From positions 3,305,666-3,369,665 of the forward strand of contig NW_026943824.1 in NCBI RefSeq assembly GCF_035594765.1: a DNA stretch of 64,000 nt, written 5' to 3'. Under the pieces are notes generated by a model, which saw only the letters and a program-made list of their open reading frames with translations, searched no databases and was not told where the DNA came from. This DNA comes from Anolis carolinensis. Taxonomy: Eukaryota. Below are positions 24,754 to 35,617 of the stretch, piece by piece; positions within the stretch are counted from its first letter, which is position 1; every line of letters begins with the position of its first letter. The translations under genes were made by a program, and so were the position numbers.

Positions 24754-25600
24754 GGGAAAAACCGGCGTCGCGGCCTTCCCCGCTCGCCTCACGCACCGAA
24801 CGGGAGTCACTCCCAGCCGCCCGCCGCTCCAGAAGGGGGGAAAAGGGAACCGCGCATGCGTGCGCATGCGTACACCCACAGGGGTGTCTCCTCCTTGCCG
24901 GGCCATGTGCGCGAGACCTTTTTTTTCCTTTTTGGACCAAACCAAAGGGGAAATCTCCGAGGTAGGGACAAGAATGGCGAAGAATCTATATTATTTTTCC
25001 GTCTCCCATTTTTTAAAATAAATTATTATTATTAATAGGATCCATGTCTGTAACTAGCCGGGTTTTTCTTCCTCATAAACAAGGCGACGTTATCAATGTC
25101 AAGCAGATGTCCCCCCCTCCAGCATAATGGTTAAATCCAATATGGCGTCCAATGGGTAACTTTGAAAGCAGCGCCTTAGGAGGGGGCGCTGGTGGACGAT
25201 TACACTGTATAGGTTTGGGGGGGCGCTGTTGGATCATTCCATTGTATAGTTTACCTATTGTATAGACAGACAAACAGACATTATTTTCAACGATAAAACA
25301 GTTTATTTTAGGTGTATTTAGCTTTAAGGATATCATGTAAAGTAATACTGGCAAAGGGAGAAACCAATGGCTCCCCTCCAATGAGCACAATGGAATGGTC
25401 CCTTAGGATGACGCACCGGTAACGTGGGCTGTACCAACTCTGATGGAGGGGGTGTGTTTCTAAGACCGCCTCTTTGACACACCATTAAAGCGCCCAAGGC
25501 TGGCCTTGGCAGTCGGATCTTCTGAATAAAATTAAACACGGTACGATAGCAGTTAAGTTATACGTTTTTCTGAGACGAGAAAATCCAGCCATGTATGCCA
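24170..25600. promoter_or_regulatory. EIF3B CpG island and promoter, with tandem NRF1-type sites at 24851-24871
   Basis: GC/CpG-rich; CGCGCATGCGTGCGCATGCG holds two GCGCATGCG cores about 100 bp upstream of the ATG. Confidence 0.75.
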
Positions 25601-25724
25601 CTGTTAATGGTTTGATCCAGCAAGAAAAAGCCACATCAGCTGTGTGTCCAGATGTAGAGAAGCAGTTAATGACAGAATGATGACATTTGATCACTCTTGT
25701 CTGTTTTCCTCTACAGGTAATGTA

Positions 25725-26245
25725 GGATTCGATTGACCTTGATTAGCACTGAATGGTTTTGCAGCTCCAAAGCCTGGTTGCTTTCTGCTTAGGGGAATCC
25801 TTTGTTGGGAGGTATTAGCTGGCCCTGATTGTTTCCTGTCTGGAATTCCCCAGAAAGGAGAAAACCATGAAAATGAACAAAACCTGGCTTCCAGTATTTA
25901 AAAAAAAAATCTAATATCAAGAAAATTCCAGACAAGAAAGAATCAGGGCCAGCTAATCACATCCCAACAAAGGATTCCCCCAGGCAGGAAGCAGCCAAGC
26001 TTTGAAGCTGCAAGACTATTCAATGTTAATCAAGGTAGTCACTTGCAATATTCACACTTGCCTCCAACAGACAGCAGTTCTTTCTTTCTCCCACTCTGGA
26101 AATTATTCCAGATATATCAACCCCACTTGCCTTGTTTCCAACAGACCTCACAACCTCTGAGGATGCCTGCCATAGATGTGGGTGAAACGTCAGGAGATAA
26201 TGCTTCTGGAGCATGACCATATAGTCTGGTAAACTCAGCAACCCA
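25725..26245. mobile_element. Penelope-like fragment with internal inversion
   Basis: Same pLTR and endonuclease-tail sequence, partly in inverted orientation. Confidence 0.7.
26147..26198 (+). ncRNA. Minimal hammerhead ribozyme motif in Penelope pLTR
   Basis: Intact core; stem II closes with a G-U pair instead of G-C. Confidence 0.6.
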
Positions 26246-26390
26246 ATCTTATGATTCCATTGCATTGAGCCATGACAACGAAACTGGTATCAAACTGCAT
26301 TAATTCTACAGTATAGATCCAGCTTTGAGTGTGAGACTCACTATACATTGTAACAATTTTACTGCACTAAATTACATTCCTTCTAATTTA

Positions 26391-27034
26391 CAGTAAAGTC
26401 TCACTTATCCAACATAAACGGGCCGGCAGAACGTTGGATAAGTGAATATGTTGGATAATAAGGAGGGATCAAGGAGAAGCCTATTAAACATCAAATTAGG
26501 TTATGATTTTACAAATTAAGCACCAAAACATCATGTTATACAACACATTTGACAGAAAAAGTAGTTCAATATGCAGTAATGCTATGTAGTAATTACAGTA
26601 GAGTCTCGCTTATCCAAGCTAAACGGGCCGGCAGAAGCTTGGATAAGTGACTATCTTGGATAATAAGGAGAGATTAAGGGAAAGCCTGTTAGACATCAAA
26701 TTAGGTTATGATTTTACAAATTAAGCACCAAAACATCATGTTATACAACAAAATTGACAGAAAAAGTAGTTCAATACGCAGTAATGTTATGTTGTAATTA
26801 TATTGTAATTACTGTATTTACGAATCTAGCACCAAAATATCACGATATATTGAAAACATTTACTACAAAAATGGCTTGGATAATCCAGAGGCTTGGATAA
26901 GTGAGACTCTACTGTACTGTATTTACGAATTTAGCACCAAAATATCACAATGTATTGAAAACATTGACTACAAAAATGCCTTGGATAATCCAGAACGTTG
27001 GCTAAGCGAGTGTTGGATAAGTGAGACTCTACTG
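26391..27034 (+). mobile_element. MITE nested in another copy of itself (inner copy 26596-26914)
   Basis: Inner copy has a TA TSD and splits AATTA|CTGTATTT of the outer copy. Confidence 0.85.
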
Positions 27035-28099
27035 TACTTCAATTCCCTCTACTCCATTAATTTTCACTCTGCACAAAAATATTTGTTTGCACCTTTCCGA
27101 ATAGTATCTTCATATATTAATCTAAAATTGTACTTGGCATTGCACTTGTAGCAGCATATATGATTATATTGGATTTGTGCTGGATCAAAAAATAAAATCA
27201 TGTTGACAATTTTATCTGTTAAGGTCACTGGGAAATGTTCCGACGAGAAGCAAACTAAAGTGCTGCTATTGAGATATCTCGAATAGCGAAGTAAATATGA
27301 ATATAGATAGAGCATCAGAGAACACAAATGCCAAATATGTTCCCATTGGATTCGGTTAAGATTACACACCTTTCCGTTCATGTTTGATATTGGCAGGGAA
27401 ATTAGATTTCGAATCGCAAGGAATGAAACCTGACTTAAGGAAGCGTTTCGGTCTGTTGCAGTATCTATCAATACAATTCTGTAAGCGCTATGCTGCAAGC
27501 ATAAAGCTCATTACGATTTACGATAATTCACTCTTGGCCTTTGAAGAGAATTGGACCACTCGTCCCTCCAAGTTGTCATCTCAGAAAGGATTTTATGTAC
27601 ATGCTTCCTATTTCTCTGCACAAGCTTTATATTAAATTCCTCCCCTCCTGGATTCCTATTTCATAAACCTGCAAACCCGAGGCTCTATTCTAGTGCAATT
27701 ATTTGCATATTTTGTCTTATTGTTACCTTAAGGCCATGTTTACTGTGTCGCAAGATATTTGTTATAGCTATTATGCGCCTTTTAGTTGTTCTCTGCTGCT
27801 TGCGATTCTCAGATGAACCTTTCATATTTCTTGCAAGCTTGATTCAGAGGTTTCCTCTTTATATTACCTTTTAATGAATGTTTTATGGGCTCAATTGATT
27901 TTTCTTTGCTTCGCTACACAATCTACGACGTTTAATAAATGAAAACTAGGATATATATATGGCCAAGAAACGTTAAGAGTGTGGTCAAGAGGGCAAAAGT
28001 TATTATTAGCGAGGAAGAATATGCGAAGTAGGAGAGGATGCAGCGGTTTGTTTTTGCCTCCTCTGCTGCTCATTCGTTTAGTCGTCTCTGACTCTTCGT

Positions 28100-28360
28100 G
28101 ACCTCACAACCTCCGAGGATGCCTGCCATAGATGTGGGTGAAACGTCAGGAGAGAATACTTCTAGAACATGGCCATACAGCCCGGAAAACATGCAACAAC
28201 CCTGTAATCCCGGCCATGAAAGCCTTCGACAACACACCCACATGCTTAGTTTCCAAGACCTCACAACCTGTGAAGATGCCTGCCATAGATGTGGGCAAAA
28301 CATCAGGAGAGAATGCTGCTGGAACATGGTCAGACAGCCCAGAAAACTCACAGCAAACCA
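28100..28360 (+). mobile_element. Two degenerate Penelope pLTR copies fused to an RTE 3' tip (28063-28106, minus strand)
   Basis: Hammerhead cores mutated (CCGAGGA; GTGAAGA...CAAAA); adjacent sequence matches the reverse complement of the RTE tail at about 61980-62020. Confidence 0.65.
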
Positions 28361-29408
28361 CTTCCTTCCTTCCTACCTGCCTGAAGGGGTGCTTTCAAAG
28401 TAAGGACCACACAATTAAACAGGAAATCACATTTTCAAACCAGGAACAGAACATTTTTCAAATTTTGCAGCATGAGTGTTACATATAGGAAGATAGTTCC
28501 ATCTTGTCTCCTGTACCATAGCAACATGCTATGCTAATTTATATATACATATATATATATATATATATAATTTAAAATAATTTATAAATATATAATATAT
28601 TATATATACATAATATTGATAATAATATTATAATGAAATACAATATTATACTAATAATAATACAATATAATAATATTAATTTATATATTATATATTAGAT
28701 GTAATATTACTAATAATATTACCATATAATGATATAGTACAATATAGTAATTTAATGCTTATATTGTGCTATGCTAATAATATATGGTATGTTCATTTGA
28801 TTTGTAAGCCGCTCTGAGTCCCCTTCAGGGTGAGAAGAGTGGGATATAAATGTAGTAAATAAATAAATGAATAATATACATCCGTACAATGACTTGGGCC
28901 TCTGGGCTCACAGAGCTTCTACGAAGTGAACCAATACTGAACCAAAACAGGAGAGAAAACACCCTTCTTGTTATTGCCAAACATCCCTGGTTGCATTTAC
29001 ACTTTAGAAAGAAGGCACGGACACTTTAATTACCATGGCTTAATGCTACAGAGTCATGGTTGCTGTAATTTTGCCATAGCAGAGCACTTGATTTATTATG
29101 TTTGCTGTGTTTCAAGTTGTTGTATGTTGTTTTGACAATTGGCTGTTTTTTTGCATACATGTTAGAAACTGCCCTGAGTCCTCTTGAGGAGATAGAGCGG
29201 TGTATAAATAAAGTTTTATTATATTATTATTATAAAATCAGTACAGTAAATAAAGAACACTCTGAAAACAGGGGGATTCCAGAAGGAAACAATCAGGGCC
29301 AGCTAACACCTCCCAACCAAGGATTCCCCTAGGGCTGAACTTGTCTGAGACCCATCCAAGCTCTAAAAATATGTTATAAATGCATAGTTATTATCATTAT
29401 TATTTTAT

Positions 29409-29800
29409 TATGACACAGCAAACAAGATAGACATGCTGGATTTCATATCACAAAATCACAAGTCGAACACTTCCCAAGTGTCTAGGACTGTGTGATGATG
29501 ATGATGATGATTATTATTATTATCATTATTATTTTATGACACAGCAAACAAGATAGACATGCTGGATTTCATATCACAAAATCACAAGTCGAACACTTCC
29601 CAAGTGTCTAGGACTGTGTGATGATGATGATGATGATGATGATTATTATTATTATTATCATTATTATTTTATGACACAGCAAACAAGATAGATCTGCTGG
29701 ATTTCGTATCACAAAATCACAAGTCGAACACTTCCCAAGTGTCTAGGACTGTGTGATGTATTTTTGGATGATCCGCGCAGATCCCAGTAGGGTGGCCTTT
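29409..29800 (-). mobile_element. R4/Dong-like LINE 3' end with triplicated 3' UTR among (TAA)n/(TCA)n tracts
   Basis: Reverse strand encodes KATLLGSARIIQKYITQS*; the unit GACACAGCAAACAAGATAG occurs three times; another copy at 45200-45852. Confidence 0.65.
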
Positions 29801-30094
29801 AATATTTAATAATATAATAATAATTATTAATTCCTTATTATTATTATTATTATTATCTGCCAACCTAGCAGTTCGAAACCATGCAAAATGTGAGTATATC
29901 AATAGGTACTGCACCGGCGGGAAGATAACGGCGTTCCATGCAGTCATGCCGGCCACATGACCTTGGAGGTGTCTACGGACAACGCCGGCTCTTCGGCTTA
30001 GAAATGGAGAGGACACGACTAGGCATCGCGTCAGGGGAAAACCTTACTATATTGCATATATAATGCCTTAGAGATTTATTCAGTGAAATAGTGT

Positions 30095-30480
30095 TACATA
30101 CGCAGCAACGGTGGGCCATTTCACTTCAAAGCGGTGGACGTCTCTTCACTCTGAAGCGGTGTGAAAGTGCGTTAACGCCGCCGTGTGGATCTGATGGCCC
30201 GGGAGCCCCTCCTCCGGGCCGAAGGGGAGGGAAGAGGAAGCCGTTTCTCCCTCCCGCCTTCCTCCTCCTGCTCCTCACATGACTGGAGCCATGGACGGCG
30301 GGGAAGGTGAGCCACCGGCGGAGGGGTTTCTCCAGGAAGGGGAGGCCTTGGGCGGCCGCTTCTCTCAGGAAAGTCCGGGGCTTCAGGGAAGGAGCAGGGC
30401 CGCGGCCGCGGGGAAGGCAAAGGAGGGGCAGGCATGGCTTGGCTTTGACAGGAGTCGTTTCCCTCCAGGAACTTCGTTAC
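30095..30480. promoter_or_regulatory. SNX8 CpG island and promoter
   Basis: Dense CpG/GC segment around the SNX8 start codon. Confidence 0.75.
30279..30306 (+). CDS. SNX8: SNX8 exon 1 coding part
   Basis: MTGAMDGGE (resembles mammalian MTGRAMD) in a CpG island; donor AAG|GTGAGC; phase 1 fits exon 2. Confidence 0.8.
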
Positions 30481-33400
30481 ACACAGCTATATAAATTCCA
30501 CATTGAACCGGGATATATGGCAGTGTGGACTCCAATAACCAATTCAAAGTAGATACAGTAGAGTCTCACTTATCCAACATAAACGGGCCGGCAGAATGTT
30601 GGATAAGTGAATATGTTGGATAATAAGGAGGCATTAAGGAAAAGCCTATTAAACATCAAATTAGGTTATGGTTTTACAAATTAAGCACCAAAACATCATG
30701 TTATACAACAAATTTGACAGAAAAAGTAGTTCAATACACAGTAATGTTATGTTGTAATTACTGTGTTTACAAATTTAGCACCAAAATATCACGATATATT
30801 GAAAACATTGACTACAAAAATGCGTTGGATAATCCAGAACGTTGGATAAGCGAATATGTTGGACAACAAGGAGAGATTAAGGAGAAGCCTATTAAACACC
30901 AAATTAAGTTATGATTTTACAAATTAAGCACCAAAACATCATGTTATACAACAAATTTGACAGAAAAAGTAGTTCAATACGCACTAATGTTATGTTGTAA
31001 TTACTGTATTTACAAATTTAGCACCAAAATATCATGATATATTGAAAACATTGACTACAAAAATGCGTTGGATAATCCAGAACGTTGGATAAGCGAGTCT
31101 TGGATAAGTGAGACTCTACTGTATTGATGATCTGCCTTGATATTCTAGGTTATATGGCTGTGTGGAAAAGCCCTGGATGGTAGTGTAGAAGGGGCCAAAG
31201 TTTCCCAGGTAAGATTTGTCCACAATTGATTTGTTATGGCCTCCATTGGAGGCTGAGAGGATGTGACTCTTCACCTTTTCATCTCTTGGGGCCCTTCTAA
31301 ACTGCCATATAGTCCAGAATATCAGCTACGTAGAGTCTCGCTTATCCAACGTAAACAGGCCGACAGAACGCTGGATAAGTGAATATGTTGGATAATAAGG
31401 AGGGATTAAGGAAAAGCCATTTAAACATCAAATTAGGTGATGGTTTTACAAATTTAAGCACCAAAACATCATGTTATACAACGAATTTGACAGAAAAAGT
31501 AATTCAATGCGCAGTAATGTTATGTTGTAATTACTGTATTTGCGAATTTAGCACCAAAATATCATGATATATTGAAAACATTGACTACAAAAATGCCTTG
31601 GATAATCCAGAACCTTGGATAAGTGAGTCTTGGATAAGTGAGACTCTACTGTAATTCACATTATTATCTGAGCCCCCGGTGGCACAGCGGTTTAAACCGC
31701 TGAGCTGCTGAATTTGCTGTCCGACAGGTCGTCAGTTCAAATCCGAGTGAGCTTCTGTTGTTAGCCCCAGCGTCTGCCAATCTAGCATTTCAAAAACATG
31801 CAAATGTGAGTAGATCAATAGGTACTGCTCCGGCGCAAAGGTAGCAGCTCTCCATGCAGTCATGCCTATGGCCACATGTCCTTGGAGGTGTCTGCTGACA
31901 TGCAAATGTGAGTAGATCAATAGGTACTGCTCCAGCACAAAGGTAGCACCTCTCCATGCAATCATGCCTATGGCCACATGATCTTGGAGGTGTCTGCTGA
32001 CATGCAAATGTGAGTAGATCAATAGGTACTGCTCCGGCGCAAAGGTAGCAGTTCTCCATGCAATCATGCCAGGGGCCACATGACCTTGGAGGAGTCTGCT
32101 GACATGCAAATGTGAGTAGATCAATAGGTACTGCACCGGTGGGAAGATAACAACGCTCCATGCAGTCATGCCCGTGGCCACATGACCTTGGAGGTGTTTG
32201 CTGACATGCAAATGTGAGTAGATCAATAGGTACTGCTCCAGCGCAAAGGTAGCAGCTCTCCATGCAGTCATGCCTATGGCCACATGACCTTGGAGGTGTC
32301 TGCTGACATGCAAATGTGAGTAGATCAATAGGTACTGCACCGGCGGGAAGATAACAACGCTCCATGCAGTCATGCCCGTGGCCACATGACCTTGGAGGTG
32401 TTTGCTGACATGCAAATGTGAGTAGATCAATAGGTACTGCTCCGGCATGAAGGTAACAGCACTCCATGCAGTCATGCCAGCCACGGGACTTTGGAGGAAT
32501 CTACGGACAACGCTGGCTCTTCGGCTTAGAAATGGAGATGAGCACCAACCCCCAGAGTCAGACATGACTAGACTAAACTCTAATTTTTTGTATAACATGA
32601 TGTTTTGGTGCTTAATTTGTCAAAATCATAACCTAATTTGATGTTTAATAGGCTTTTCCTTAATCCCTACTTATTATCCAAGATATTCACTTATCCAAGG
32701 TTTAGCTCGGATAAGTGAGACTCTACTGTAATAGTCCAGTTCAAAGCAGATAATGTGGATTTTATCTGGCAGTGTAGACGGGGGTCTGGGTCAAAACAAG
32801 AGAGCACTGTTCCTCTGTGAAGAGAGGAAATGAGCGAGATTAATTTATCAGCATTAGAGCGAGATTTATCCCAATTTTGAGTGCCGTCCTGTGAAATATA
32901 ACAAGGATTGGCCAGACAGAATATTCCGAGCAAGGCAGCTGTTTCTTATTGAGGATTGTTTTTGAGAGAGAGAGATTTTCCTGGCTTTGGAGGAAGAGGG
33001 AAACTTCAGAAGCAAGATGTTCTCTGTCTCTTAAGAAAGCTTCACAGACAATTCACTGGGGATTTCCTCTTCAAAACACAGCAATGCACAAACACTTTTC
33101 ATTCTAAGAACTTCTTATTCGAAAGTTGTTTATCTTCTGATGGAGTGCGTTCTTCCCCTGTTGCTTCAAGTACTCATTTTTTAGGAAGCAGGACTTTTAA
33201 GAAAACAGTCTTTAATCAGAAGTGTGCTTTCTTTGGAATTGACCTTCAGTAAACTGCATTCCATTTCTAGCTCCTGGCTTTTTAGTGTGTTTTGTGTGCA
33301 TTTCCTTTCCTTTTTTTGTTACAGGGGAAGATAGGAGAGAAGAAAAGGAAACGCTGATGAACAATATTTTTTTATTGTGTTCAGTTTTCTGGCTCTGGAA

Positions 33401-35562
33401 GGATGGGGAAACATCTGGTTTTTGCTAAGGGGAAACTGGGCTCCCCACACTATTTGGATTCAAAGTCCCCTCTTCCTTCCAAACTCATGGCTTGAGATAG
33501 TAATGATGGAACCTTGACTGCTCTTCCTGATGGATTTATTGTGTTTCCTGGATAATATTTTCTTCTCTTGTTGTTGGAATCTTTGATATGCTGTGGCTGC
33601 TGCTATGAGGTCTGCATTCTGCTTTATGGTACAGTATAGTCTCACTTATCCAACATAAACGGGCCGGCAGAACGTTGGATAAGCGAATATGTTGGACAAC
33701 AAGGAGAGATTAAGGAGAAGCCTATTAAACACCAAATTAAGTTATGATTTTACAAATTAAGCACCAAAACATCATGTTAAACAACAAATTTAACAGAAAA
33801 AGCAGTTCAATATGCAGTAATACTATGTAGTAATTACTGTGTTTACAAATTTAGCACCAAAATATCACGATATATTGAAAACATTGACTACAAAAATGCG
33901 TTGGATAATCCAGAACGTTGGATAAGCGAAAATGTTGGACAACAAGGAGAGATTAAGGAGAAGCCTATTAAACACCAAATTAAGTTATGATTTTACAAAT
34001 TAAGCACCAAAACATCATGTTAAACAACAAATTTAACAGAAAAAGCAGTTCAATATGCAGTAATATTATGTAGTAATTACTGTGTTTACAAATTTAGCAC
34101 CAAAATATCACGATATATTGAAAACATTGACTACAAAAATGCGTTGGATAATCCAGAACGTTGGATAAGCGAGTATTGGATAAGTGAGACTCTACTGTAC
34201 CTTCCAAGATTAGGAATTTTTGAATAAATGAATATTTGATAGATGTGCCAAATGGGAAAATGCTTTGGTCTGTATGTTGTCGACATGGTTTACATTGTGA
34301 CCTTCTGCTATAAATATATGAAATGTAAAATGTAGAATATAAAACCTTGATCAAATGTGCACAGATTTAACGCGGGAAGTGTTCCTTGTTGTTGTCGTTG
34401 GTCCCTTTTGCAATTTGTCCTTATTATTATTATATCATTCTAGCCTGGAGTCCTTGGCAAAACTATTTATTATTTATTATTTGCTACATTTATATGGCAC
34501 CCTTCTCACCCCGAAGGGGACTCAGAGCGGCTTACAAATTAAATTTACATACAATATTATATTATTAGCATAGTACAATACAGGCAATAAATTACTATAT
34601 TGTACTGTATCAATATATTGTAATATTATTAGTAATATTACATGTAAAATATAATATATAATTAATATTATTATATTGTATTATTAGTATTATATCGTAT
34701 TACAATATAATATTACTAGCTGTGCCCGGCCACGCGTTGCTGTGGCGAAGTATGGTGGTATGGGAAATAGTCAAGATAATCCAGTTCAAAGCAGATAAAA
34801 TAAGATTATAAATGGGTTATATAGCTGTGTGGAAGAGCCTTGAGTCTACACTGCCATATAATCCAGTTAAAATCTGATAATCTGTATTTTATAGGCAGTG
34901 TGGAAGAGGCCTAAGTGAAGCCTAACTCTGCCTGTCCCCTGGGCTGAGTGGGTTGCTAGGAGACCAAGTGGGCGGAGCTTAGCCTTCTAACTGGCAGCAA
35001 TTGGATAAAAACAATTATTCCTCTCCCTCTAATCAGGACTTTATTTTTCTTTTCTTTTTGTCGTATGAACGTAGAGGCATGGATGATGGGTTGTGCTGCC
35101 AAGTTTAGTGTCTCTGGGATGTGTAGTTTTGTTGTTTTGTCCTAGGCCGAAATTTCATTACCCTTTTATATATATAGATGAATACTATAACTTATATAAT
35201 ACTATATATACTATAAATACTATAACTATATATAACTTATATACTATAAGTTCCCTGATTATAAACTATCTTCTGTTGAGGTAGGGGGTCACTTTCGACT
35301 ACATTTCAACTGTGAAATTACCTTCCCCATTTCGGCCCATTTCGGCACATGTTGCACTTTGCCTGGGTTCTATGAATTAGTCTCCAGTGTTAATATTGTA
35401 TGTTTTATGTTGATTTTAACGATTGTTTTTACTGTAATTGATGTTTTTATTGGATAACTGTTTTATTGCTGTGTTTTGATATTTGATTGTTTTATCGGGC
35501 AAGGCCCCATGTAAGCTGCCCCGAGTCCCTTCGGGGAGATGGGGCGGGGTATAAAAATAAAG

Positions 35563-35617
<55 letters not shown>

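Noticed and set aside
24754-24945. In-frame upstream extension of EIF3B (MARQGG.../MRTHAR...)
   Set aside because: Runs through the NRF1-type promoter motifs; MQET at 24753 matches the vertebrate start (MQDAE-like)
24176-25021. 281-aa Ser-rich plus-strand ORF
   Set aside because: Antisense shadow of the Glu-rich, GC-rich EIF3B exon 1
31732-32598. 288-aa and 225-aa repetitive ORFs
   Set aside because: By-product of a 102-bp (3n) SINE-derived tandem repeat; no sign of a real gene
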